Shown here in pieces: positions 18,924 through 27,473 of a stretch of 64,000 bases of DNA. The stretch covers positions 160,001 to 224,000 of the forward strand of contig CAVSOU010000007.1 in NCBI GenBank assembly GCA_963729625.1. The letters run 5' to 3'. The first letter of the stretch is position 1; every line of letters begins with the position of its first letter. The position numbers and the translations under genes are program-made. The DNA comes from an uncultured bacterium. GTDB taxonomy: Bacteria; Chloroflexota; UBA5177; JANWHV01. The notes under the pieces are model-generated. The model was not told the origin of the DNA, searched no databases, and worked only from the letters and a program-made list of their open reading frames with translations.

Positions 18924-19108
18924 GATGCTACCCTCCAGCACCCGAGGCCTCCCTCGCTGCTCCGTTCTACGCTGTCCGCGTGCCGTGTCCCCTACCCCGG
19001 TGGACCGAGTCGGGTGCCTCCGTCGGTCTCGTCCTCGCCCGTGCAACCTTCCCCAACTGCGGGATGGGTCGGCGTCCGCGTCTGCCCTTTCGAGGCCTGC
19101 TCAGACTT
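18924..19108 (-). mobile_element. Group II intron ribozyme fragment (internal 5' domains; no RT ORF, no domain V)
   Basis: The + strand reads CGTGCCGTGTCCCCTACCCCGGTGGACC...CCTTCCCC...GGGTCGGCGTCCGC...CTTTCGAGGCCTGCTCAG, which I recall as the antisense signature of bacterial group II intron 5' regions. Similarity stops abruptly at about 19108. Confidence 0.7.
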
Positions 19109-19110
19109 GT

Positions 19111-19260
19111 GTCGCGGACGACGCCGATCTCGGCATCCGCCTGGTGCGGAAAGTCTTCCGCATGGCCATCTTTGAGTCGGTGACATGAGCTGACCTGTGG
19201 CCGATGGGTGCCCAGGCCCGCCGCCGGAGTGGTGGGCAAGACATACGCGGCCATGGCAGG
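19111..19260 (+). pseudogene. Remnant of a family-2 (cellulose-synthase-like) glycosyltransferase
   Basis: 'VADDADLGIRLVRKVFRMAIFESVT*' matches the GT2 '(T)EDADLGIRLxRxGYR...S.T' segment. Degenerate W..RR.W.K.Y-like codons follow. Confidence 0.55.
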
Positions 19261-19360
19261 GCCTGTTCGGCGCTGACAACGAATGAGAGACACGCGTTTG
19301 ACGGCCCGGTGACGCGGGACTGCCAGGTCTCCGAACCGCCGAGGGAGGAGACCGCGGATG

Positions 19361-20416
19361 CTACATGTGAGCCTGAGGACCTTGGGCCGCGGCAAAGTAT
19401 GCGGACAGCGCGATGGCGGCCGGCCGCGGAGTCCAGGTGCCATGTCCGCCGCTGAAGAGATGCGTGAAACCTCCCGATGCGTCAGTGCCGGCGCCCACCC
19501 AGTAGTTGACCCCGGCCAGATACGGTACCGCGGAGAGGGCGCCTAACTCGGCACTTAGCACGCGTTCCTGCGTGGAGTTGTCGACTGGCATCGATCGACT
19601 AAACCCCATCTCGCCGATGACCACGGGCATGCCACGAACCTGCTCGATGCGCGCAAGCTCGCTCAGCCGGGCCGCAGCGGCAGTTGGAGGATCGGTGGTT
19701 GTGGCGTCCGGGTACGCGTCGAAGGTAACGCGACCGAGCGCCACAACTGTTGCCTGGTCGAGCACTCGGGGTTGCGCGGCGAAGAACCCGTTTACGGAGC
19801 GTACGCTGGTGATCACGCCTCCAACTCCCACTTGGCGAAGCGCGGCGCCGGCGATGGTCGAGGTGTCGAGCAGGAAGTCGCTGTACTCGCGCGTGGCCGC
19901 GTTGGGAGCGTTGGCGGTCCAGCCGCTGCCATACGTAGCCTTCCAGTACACGCCGTTCTCCGGTTCCGGGCAGGGATCGAGAATGTCGCCTGGTCGGAAC
20001 AGCGAGGCATTGCCGAGAATGAAAGCACGTTCAGCCGCCCCGTAGGCCGTGGGAGTCATGACGCCGGTCGTGCCGTTGCTGTCACTCCACTGGTTCGGGT
20101 GGATGCGAAACCACACGTGCTTGCCGGCCGAGCGCACCGCATTCACCCAGCGGCGCATGTAGTCCGGATAGTCCCAGTGCGTATCGACCGTGATGTACGC
20201 TGCGCCGAGGCGGGCCGATAATTGCACGTCCTGCACGATCTCCGCGACGGACAGCGGTCGCGTCTCGGTGTCGCGGCTTTCCTTCATCGTGTCGACCGAG
20301 GTGATTTGCAGGCCTGGCTGCGCTGCGTGGGCGATGGGAACGCGTGCTGCCACGCCTGCCAGCGGAATCAGCGACAGCACGAGCAGGATAGCGGATGTCT
20401 TTGTGGCCGACCCCAT
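19361..20416 (-). CDS. Secreted TIM-barrel glycoside-hydrolase-like protein
   Basis: Signal peptide ending AHA, 'SVDTMKESRD', 'HVWFR', 'GDILDPCPEPEN' (acid/base-like Glu), 'PVVIGEMG' (nucleophile-like Glu), 'GVNYW'. GGAG precedes ATG 20416; the ORF is open from 20485. Confidence 0.75.
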   Translation of the reverse strand: MGSATKTSAILLVLSLIPLAGVAARVPIAHAAQPGLQITSVDTMKESRDTETRPLSVAEIVQDVQLSARLGAAYITVDTHWDYPDYMRRWVNAVRSAGKHVWFRIHPNQWSDSNGTTGVMTPTAYGAAERAFILGNASLFRPGDILDPCPEPENGVYWKATYGSGWTANAPNAATREYSDFLLDTSTIAGAALRQVGVGGVITSVRSVNGFFAAQPRVLDQATVVALGRVTFDAYPDATTTDPPTAAAARLSELARIEQVRGMPVVIGEMGFSRSMPVDNSTQERVLSAELGALSAVPYLAGVNYWVGAGTDASGGFTHLFSGGHGTWTPRPAAIALSAYFAAAQGPQAHM

Positions 20417-20506
20417 GCGAGCTCCGCGCAACAGGCGGTTCATGAGAATGGTGAGGCGTGTTCGGCGATAGTACGTCACTGGCATGCTCCAGGGCGTTTA
20501 CACATG

Positions 20507-20551
20507 AGAAAAGCCATGGACAACCGATCATTTCGACCGATATCCATGGCC
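20507..20551 (-). terminator. Intrinsic terminator, expression platform of the riboswitch
   Basis: Minus strand GCCATGGA-TA-TCGGTC-GAAAT-GATCGG-TTG-TCCATGGC followed by TTTTCT. Confidence 0.8.
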
Positions 20552-20568
20552 TTCGCATTCTGTCATGC

Positions 20569-20640
20569 TTCGGCAGCCGGGCTGACTCCAGGAGTCCCCA
20601 AGCTTTGCGTCTCCGGCTCGCGCCGGATTTGCCTTTGTCG
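20569..20640 (-). promoter_or_regulatory. c-di-GMP-I (GEMM-I) riboswitch aptamer
   Basis: Minus strand CGACAAAGGCAAA-TCCGGC-GCGA-GCCGGA-GACGCAAAG-CTTGGGGACTCCTGGAGTCAGCCCGG-CTGCCGAA. It has the GGCAAA/GACGCAAA core, a GNRA-capped P2, a P3 stem and terminal GCCGAA. Confidence 0.9.
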
Positions 20641-21020
20641 GTCACTGCGCCGTATTCACTTGAGCCTTGCCGGGGATGCGGCGTCGCGCCTGATAGATCG
20701 CGATCCCTGCAAGTACATACTATGCCTCGCAGACATCGGAGAGATCACCCAAACGAGTAAGACCGAGGCGACCTCTGTTATGGAAATGTAACAGCCGGGC
20801 TTGTTACGATTGGGTCGCGCACGTAAGGCGCTTTGACCGGTCTGCGACGCGTCCGGCACTATCGGAGCATGGCATATCCTATCATACATAACAATATGTC
20901 TGTTGCGACGGTGTCCGGCAGCCATTCTCTGTGCCAAGCGCGGCCCCAGTGCGGGCGGCGCATCCTCAGTCAACCCAATTCACACGCCCAGCCGACAACG
21001 GCGGTCGAAAGCAGCCCTGA

Positions 21021-23084
21021 ATGGAGCATGTGATGTACCTCTGCCACTTCAAGATGCCGGCCGTGCGCGCCATGCTTGTGTTCGCGGCTATCGTGCCCGC
21101 TATGGCGGCGCCGGCAGCGAGGTTCCCGTCGGGCGTAGCCCGGGCGGCGACATCGCCAGGCGGATGGCTACCTGGAACGCAGCCCGCGGGCTGGCCGGTT
21201 CGCGCGATCGACATGACCGCGATCACCCATGATGGCGTGTGCAGCCAGTACGACCAGGCGACAATGAACCGCCTGGTCGGCTACATCCCGCAACTGCACG
21301 CCAACTTCGCGTCCGATGACGTGCCCTTCGACAACAGCTCGGGCTTCAGCTGCACGCCCCAGCCACTGCAACCGTACGCGTACATGAAGGCATGGGCCGA
21401 TACCATCCATGCCGCCGGTCTGCACGTCATGTTCCGCGGCAACTGGAACCACTGGGCCGGCGACTACGGTATGAGCAAGCTGTCCTTCAGCACGAGCCCT
21501 GTCATCGCGTACGAGAGTAGCGGCGGGCTTCAGGCGGTCCTCTCCGGACAGGACACCAGCTCGTACATCGGCATGACCTACCAGTGGATTCTGCGGCACC
21601 CTGACATCTTCCAGGACGGCGACATCTTCGAGCCCTTCGGCGAGCCGCAGAACAACGGTGTTGCCGATGGGCCACAGGGCACCTCAGCCGCCAACTGTCC
21701 GAAAGGCGTCTGCCAGTTCCCCTCCACCGATGCCTTCAACCAATGGCTCGGCGACTTCGAGCAGGCCGATCAGGCAGCCTTCCGTCAGATTGGCAGAAAG
21801 GTGGAGTCAGGCTGGTTTGGCCTTGCCGGTGATTCCTATACGTACGTGACCCAGCAGGCTATGGCCTACGCCGACACGTACAACATGGATCATTTCACGC
21901 ATGATTTCGGCAACTTTACGTCACTCATTCAAGCCAGCTACAACACATTCGGAAAGCCGATTGTCGTGGAGTGGGGCGACTTCCAGGATGGGGGTGCCGA
22001 ACCGGAGACGGCAAACACCACGGACCAGTACCTCGGCTGGCTGGCCCAGCAGCAAGGCATCGTCGGCGAGGAGTACTGGCAGCTCACCGGCCACGGCACG
22101 GGTAGTTCCGAGGCAGCGGTAGACTTCGCATCGGGACAAATGACGCCGGCCGGCCAGGTGGTTGCCAAGTGGTTCGGAGCTATGACCGCGGACGCGCTGT
22201 CATTGCCGTCGACGGCCACGCCATCCAGCACTGACACCACTACAGCGACCGTCACGGGCACAACCGCACAGGAGCAGGACTCGGCGACCGCCACCGGCAC
22301 GGCCACGCCGACCGTCACGGGTTCCAATACCGCTAGCAGCACCGCGACCGCGAGCGCAACAGGCACGGCCACGCCGACAGCGACGAGCACCGGTACGCCA
22401 GAGCCGCCAACCTCGACGACGGTGGCCACGACGGCTCCGCAGATCGTGGTCCCCAGCGCTACGCCCACGCTCAGCGGACCGGCGCAGCTCGAATTTGTCC
22501 AGGGAAGTGCGCGAATGGGCACGGGCTCGAGCCTCAGGTCGGCATTTCCGCGGCCTATTGGAGGCGGCGACCTGCTTGTCGGTGTCTTTCGAGCGCAGCG
22601 GGGCGCCAGGGTTGTCGACGACAGGAACGGTGCCTGGAAGGAGGCAGTCTCCTGCGGCGTGCTGTCGATCTGGTACTCTGCCGGCGCTCAGAATGGGGCG
22701 ACCACTGTACGTCTCAGCGCTGCTACATCTGGCCAGATGCGCATGGCTCTCGCAGAGTATTCCGGCGTCGCCACGCCGGACCCGCTCGTCGCCAAACGCT
22801 GCAACCAGGGATCTCGCGCCGATGTCACGAGCGCGTGGACGGCGGAGGCCGGGGCCGGTAGCCTCGCGTTTGCCGGATTGGGAAACGGCAGCCACCCCGT
22901 CGCCGTGAGACCGGGCAGCATTGACGGTCTGCCAGCCGTACTCCGCGATCAGCTGACCGGAATACCGGGCACGATCGCCGACGAGGACGTGACCCATACT
23001 GTTGCCGGCCGCCAATATGCCAGCATGACCGTGAGCGGCGGCCGAAGCTGGACCGCGGCAATCGCCGTCTTCAGGCACGGGTGA
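21021..23084 (+). CDS. Secreted multidomain protein: TIM-barrel glycosidase-like domain + Thr/Ala/Ser-rich linker + C-terminal beta-sandwich
   Basis: Signal-like N-terminus, 'HVMFRGNW', 'FQDGDIFEPFGEPQN', 'PIVVEWG', 'GEEYW'. TATATGTATP-type linker at about 22200-22480. C-terminal 'FVQG...GDLLVGVF...DDRNGAW'. Confidence 0.78.
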   Translation: MEHVMYLCHFKMPAVRAMLVFAAIVPAMAAPAARFPSGVARAATSPGGWLPGTQPAGWPVRAIDMTAITHDGVCSQYDQATMNRLVGYIPQLHANFASDDVPFDNSSGFSCTPQPLQPYAYMKAWADTIHAAGLHVMFRGNWNHWAGDYGMSKLSFSTSPVIAYESSGGLQAVLSGQDTSSYIGMTYQWILRHPDIFQDGDIFEPFGEPQNNGVADGPQGTSAANCPKGVCQFPSTDAFNQWLGDFEQADQAAFRQIGRKVESGWFGLAGDSYTYVTQQAMAYADTYNMDHFTHDFGNFTSLIQASYNTFGKPIVVEWGDFQDGGAEPETANTTDQYLGWLAQQQGIVGEEYWQLTGHGTGSSEAAVDFASGQMTPAGQVVAKWFGAMTADALSLPSTATPSSTDTTTATVTGTTAQEQDSATATGTATPTVTGSNTASSTATASATGTATPTATSTGTPEPPTSTTVATTAPQIVVPSATPTLSGPAQLEFVQGSARMGTGSSLRSAFPRPIGGGDLLVGVFRAQRGARVVDDRNGAWKEAVSCGVLSIWYSAGAQNGATTVRLSAATSGQMRMALAEYSGVATPDPLVAKRCNQGSRADVTSAWTAEAGAGSLAFAGLGNGSHPVAVRPGSIDGLPAVLRDQLTGIPGTIADEDVTHTVAGRQYASMTVSGGRSWTAAIAVFRHG

Positions 23085-23343
23085 GCGAGCTGGATGACGT
23101 GCACATGCCGGCAATCCCGCGCGACGTGATCGAATCGCGTCTGGCGCAACAGGAAAGGCAGGCGCGCGAGCCGTTTCGTGTTGCCGCGATAATCGGCCCT
23201 CGGGTCCCGTTCGAGCTTTGCCGGACGGTAATGGCGGTGACCGGCGAGACGCTGCTGTGGTCGATCGAGCCGGCCGTCGAGTCCCGGCTGGCGCGCGCTT
23301 GGGCCGAGGACCAGTCGATGACGCCGGAGTCGGCGATTAATCG

Positions 23344-24969
23344 TTACCCGTTTCCGGCCCCGACAACGGATAGGCTGCTCAACCTGCAGCTATCGGCGTC
23401 ATGGCTGGCGACCCACTCCAGCACGCTTGCGGAGGGCATCGGCCGGCTGAAGTAGTATCCTTGAGCCACAGTACAGCCGAGGCGCCGCAGCGTGTACATC
23501 GCTTGCTGATGCTCGACGCTTTCTGCCACCACCTCGCGGTCCAGAGCGTGTGCCATCGCGATGACAGACCGCACGATGGCCTCGTCCCTCTCGTCGGAAT
23601 GCGTCCCGAGTCCCAGTACGAACGACTTGTCGAGCTTTATCTCATGGACTGGCAGCCGCTTGAGATAGCCAAGCGACGAATAGCCAGTACCAAAATCGTC
23701 GATCGCTACCCGCACGCCGCTGTCGCCAAGCAGCGTGATCACATCGTGGGCGCGCTTCGTGTCAGCCATCACAGCGCTTTCGGTGATCTCAAGCGTGAGC
23801 AAGCCGGGTTCGACCGCGTGGGAGTGCAGCAGCGCGGACACCTTGGCCGGCAGGCTATGGTCATGCAGCGTGCAGGCGGATAGGTTCACCGAGACTCCCA
23901 GCCGCAGCCCATCGCGCTGCCAGTGGCTAAGCTGACCAATGGCAGCGGCAAGCACCCAGTCCGTGAGCGGTCCGATAAGCCCGGTATGTTCGGCCAGCTG
24001 GATGAACTGATCGGGCATGATTATGCCGCCCCCCGGCTGGGGCCATCGCACCAGCGCCTCGACGCCGACTACAGCTCCGGTGGTCATGTTGATCTGCGGT
24101 TGGTAGTACAGCGCCAGCTCGCCGCGCTCGATCGCCAGTCTCAGCTCGCTCATCAAGACGAGGCGGCGTGGCGAGTGGGTATCGTCGGCCGCCACATAGA
24201 CGGCCGACCCACTGTGGGACTTCTTGGCAACATACATTGCTACATCGGCCTGACGCATCAAAGTAGCGGCATCGTCACCGTGCGCGGGGTAGGTGGCAAT
24301 GCCAATGCTCAGGCCGACATCCAGACTGACGCCGCCGATCTCGAACCGGGCACCCATCGCCTGAGTGATTGCTCCTGCGACGACGTCCGCCGCCGCTATG
24401 TCGCACTCGGGCAGCATGACGGCAAACTCGTCGCCACCCAGCCGTGCCACAGTGTCGGAGGCGCGGAGAGCCGCGGCAAGGCGCTCACCTACCGCGCATA
24501 GAATCTGGTCGCCACAGTCGTGACCGAGGGTGTCGTTAATTTCTTTGAAGCGGTCAAGGTCCAGCAGCAGCAGGCTGACGACGCCGCCGCTACGGCGCGC
24601 CAGCCGTAGCGCTACCTCAAGCCGGTCATACAGGACGACGCGATTGGGAAGTCCGGTCAGGCTGTCTGTCGTCGCGAGTATCTCCAGTTGGCTGTTGGCC
24701 GCGACAAGTTCATCGTTCTTCTGCCGGTCGGCGTCAAGCCGGGCCTTCTGCGCGGCGATCGTCTGAGCCAGAGCCACGTCGCCCTGGATGGCTGCCTGCA
24801 CAGCCTGCGCCGTACTGGATGCCACTGCCACCGTTTGTCCGTTGACATACACCCGTGCCGCATCGCCGATCACCTGGATCAGGAATAGCCCCAGCACCAA
24901 GAGCACGGCCGAGAGCACTACCCCTACCAAAATGATCATGCCCTGCTCGCCGGGCCGCGCCAGTCTCAC
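23344..24969 (-). CDS. Membrane-anchored diguanylate cyclase/phosphodiesterase (GGDEF-EAL)
   Basis: One N-terminal TM helix, coiled coil, 'DSLTGLPNR', I-site RASD five residues before GGDEF, 'EALVRW', 'LEITES', 'DDFGTGYSS', 'KLDKSF', 'QGYYFSRP'. Confidence 0.95.
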   Translation of the reverse strand: MRLARPGEQGMIILVGVVLSAVLLVLGLFLIQVIGDAARVYVNGQTVAVASSTAQAVQAAIQGDVALAQTIAAQKARLDADRQKNDELVAANSQLEILATTDSLTGLPNRVVLYDRLEVALRLARRSGGVVSLLLLDLDRFKEINDTLGHDCGDQILCAVGERLAAALRASDTVARLGGDEFAVMLPECDIAAADVVAGAITQAMGARFEIGGVSLDVGLSIGIATYPAHGDDAATLMRQADVAMYVAKKSHSGSAVYVAADDTHSPRRLVLMSELRLAIERGELALYYQPQINMTTGAVVGVEALVRWPQPGGGIIMPDQFIQLAEHTGLIGPLTDWVLAAAIGQLSHWQRDGLRLGVSVNLSACTLHDHSLPAKVSALLHSHAVEPGLLTLEITESAVMADTKRAHDVITLLGDSGVRVAIDDFGTGYSSLGYLKRLPVHEIKLDKSFVLGLGTHSDERDEAIVRSVIAMAHALDREVVAESVEHQQAMYTLRRLGCTVAQGYYFSRPMPSASVLEWVASHDADSCRLSSLSVVGAGNG

Positions 24970-25360
24970 GCGTTCCCCCAGCTCATGCTGTTCAGGCCGG
25001 CCACTGCCTGAACCTGAACCGCCGTCGGGATCGGTGCGTAGTTGAGCCGCGCGGCGAAGGTCTGGCCGTCATCCGAAACGAGCCACCGGAAGAGCTTCTG
25101 CAGGGCCTGGCCGCGCGCTCGGTCGGCCTGGTGCTGGCGCAGCAACACCCATGAGTAGCCGGCGATGGGATAGCTCTGGGCGTCCGGAGCGTTCACGATC
25201 GAGAAGCTCGCGGCGCTGACCCGCGGGAAGCGCGTTGCCGCCGCCGTGACGCTCAGGAGGCTCGGAGCCACGAATTCGCCAGCCTGGTTCCTGATGCGCA
25301 GGTACGGCACGTACCTGTACTGGCCACCTCAACATAATTATCGGCAGCGGTAGCGGCGCA
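24966..25360 (-). pseudogene. pstS: C-terminal remnant of phosphate-binding protein PstS
   Basis: 'IRNQAGEFVAPS', 'IVNAPDAQSYPIAGYSWVLL', 'LFRWLVSDDGQTFAARLNYAPIP'. A frameshifted 'NYVEVA' (GYVELA-like) lies just upstream. The N-terminal two-thirds are missing. Confidence 0.82.
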
Positions 25361-25390
25361 CCATAGAGGACGCGAGGCGCCAAAGTGGAG

Positions 25391-25410
25391 ATTTAACCAA
25401 CATTTAACAC
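25391..25410. promoter_or_regulatory. Pho-box-like direct repeat (11-bp period)
   Basis: TTAACC (25393) and TTAACA (25404), resembling PhoP TT(A/T/C)ACA units, adjacent to the pstS remnant. Confidence 0.55.
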
Positions 25411-25961
25411 GCCACCCGCTCGCTTGCCGGGATTGATTCAGTACTCCAGCTACACCTTCTGCATCCGCAGGCAGGATGTCACGGTGTGCAACTCTCTGGG
25501 CTGATGGCGTGCGTGGAATAGGGCCATGCCGCGCCATTGATGCCAGGGACAGGATATTGTGCAGTTCATCGAATACGGTACGCACGGAGAGCCGTGAACG
25601 ATCACGGCGTCTGCGGCGACTGTCACGCGAGTCTGGGATGGTACCACGGCCTGCACACTTCTGACCGGAACGCAGCCGGGGCCTTCGGCAAGAAGGTGAC
25701 GCACGCCCGGCCCGGTCAGCGCAACCTCGGTGCCAGGCACGATCGCGACGCATCTCGTGCACAGGATCCAGCCGGGACTTGCGCAAAGGCGGGCACCGCG
25801 TCGGCGGGCGACCTCATGCCGGGATCCACCTGCCGAGTTATGGATTTGTTACGGCCGGCGTTGGTAGAGTCTGGCTAGCCGCACAAAGGCCAGCCTTCCG
25901 GGTCAACGTCCGCGGCGGGGAACAACGCGCAAGGGCAGGTCACGGGAGAGGTTGTCGAGTC

Positions 25962-27218
25962 ATGGAACGAACGCCTCGTCGCGTGCTATGGCTACTCCTG
26001 GTTGTCGCCGTCGTGACCGGTAACTCTTCGCTCGCGCAGCCCCTGCAGACGCATGCAACTGCCACGAGGGCCGCTATTCCGATCATCGGCGGCATGCCGG
26101 GCACGAGCTCGACGCCGATAGTGGAGAGCTCGACGCTCGCTCTTTCCAGCGACTCCGTGGCTATGGGCAATCATGTCTCCGCCGCAGTCACCTTCCAGAA
26201 CCGGAGCACCGGCAGCATCGACCTCAGCGGCCTTGTGATTGCTGCGCGCACACCCAGCGGCGGAAATGCCGACTTCGGTGGCATTTGGGATGTCACGACA
26301 CTCTCGCCAGGCGAGGCCATGACGCTGCACACGAGCAGGAGCTTCGACCAGTCCGATCCCGGCGGTAGCTGGATGCTCTTTGCCAGCTACAGAACGATCG
26401 ACGGCGTGTGGCACCCGCTCGCGCCCTTTCTTTCGCTCCAAGTGATCGAATCGCCCACGGGCCCACGGATTGGCGAGAGCACGGTTCTCAGCGTATCCTC
26501 CCCCGCGACTGCGGGCGGGCGGATCACTGCGGCGGTCACGCTGCAGAACCAGGGTACCGCCTCGATCGTGCTGACCGGCGTCGTGATCGGGAAGTACGAC
26601 AGCTATATCCGACAATTTGCAACCGACGCGAAGACGTGGGGTCACCCACTCTACCTGCGCTTCGCCCATGAGATGAACGGCAACTGGTATCCCTGGGGCA
26701 CTGGGAACGGCAATCCGAACGGCAACAGCCCCGGCGATTTCGTCGCCACGTGGCGGCACGTACACGACATTTTTACAAATGTCGGCGCCACCAACGTGCG
26801 CTGGGTGTGGTGCGTCAACGTGTCCGGCGGTGGGCTGACGCCCTACTCCCAGCTCTATCCCGGCGACGGTTATGTCGACTGGGTGGCCCTGGACGGTTAC
26901 AACTGGGGCGGCAATCCGGGCCACACCTGGCAATCCCTGCATGACGTGTTCAGCGCTTCTTATCAGGAGGTCACGGCTCTCACCAGCAAGCCTGTGATGA
27001 TCGCTGAAACAGGGTCGGCCGAAGAGGGCGGGAACAAAGCTGACTGGATATCGCAGGGACTCCTCAACACAATGCCGCAGTCGTTCCCGCGAATCCAGGC
27101 CGTACTCTGGTTTGACTGGAACCTGGAGCACGATTGGCGTGTCAACTCCTCGCCAGCGTCATTGGCCGCCTTCCGGTCGATAGCGAGTTCGCCGTTATAC
27201 CAGCGCACGTTCTCGTGA
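25962..27218 (+). CDS. Secreted GH26 (beta-mannanase/lichenase-like) protein with Ig-like repeat, apparently internally deleted
   Basis: Signal peptide, 1.4 copies of a beta-sandwich repeat, GH26 motifs 'LRFAHEMNGNWYPW', 'YPGDGYVDWVALDGYNWG', 'KPVMIAETGS'. Confidence 0.85.
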   Translation: MERTPRRVLWLLLVVAVVTGNSSLAQPLQTHATATRAAIPIIGGMPGTSSTPIVESSTLALSSDSVAMGNHVSAAVTFQNRSTGSIDLSGLVIAARTPSGGNADFGGIWDVTTLSPGEAMTLHTSRSFDQSDPGGSWMLFASYRTIDGVWHPLAPFLSLQVIESPTGPRIGESTVLSVSSPATAGGRITAAVTLQNQGTASIVLTGVVIGKYDSYIRQFATDAKTWGHPLYLRFAHEMNGNWYPWGTGNGNPNGNSPGDFVATWRHVHDIFTNVGATNVRWVWCVNVSGGGLTPYSQLYPGDGYVDWVALDGYNWGGNPGHTWQSLHDVFSASYQEVTALTSKPVMIAETGSAEEGGNKADWISQGLLNTMPQSFPRIQAVLWFDWNLEHDWRVNSSPASLAAFRSIASSPLYQRTFS

Positions 27219-27473
27219 CGATGAGCGCCGAGCGTGTTGCCATAGCCCGACGGCTTCACGGCGCTGGGAGCAACATCCATCGGGACATACCGGCGTCGAT
27301 CGCGAGCCCTCGCCAAGCGGTGGATATACAAGCCGCCAGCTCGTACGCGATCATAGAGCAGGGCCAACACTACGCTGCAACCCCGGAAATGCTCGCCAGG
27401 ACAAATCCACGTTCGAGCCAGAGTTCTCAGACGCGCATATGCAACTCGCCGCCTAGCAGAAAGGCTATAGGCC

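Noticed and set aside
23081-23455. 124-aa + strand ORF overlapping the glycosidase stop (GTGA)
   Set aside because: Its 3' third overlaps the EAL gene antisense and no family motif is visible. It could be a remnant but is not supportable.
25770-25960. Possible second GEMM riboswitch (GCGCAAAG) upstream of GH26
   Set aside because: No upstream GGCAAA/P2 stem or downstream GCCGA pairing.
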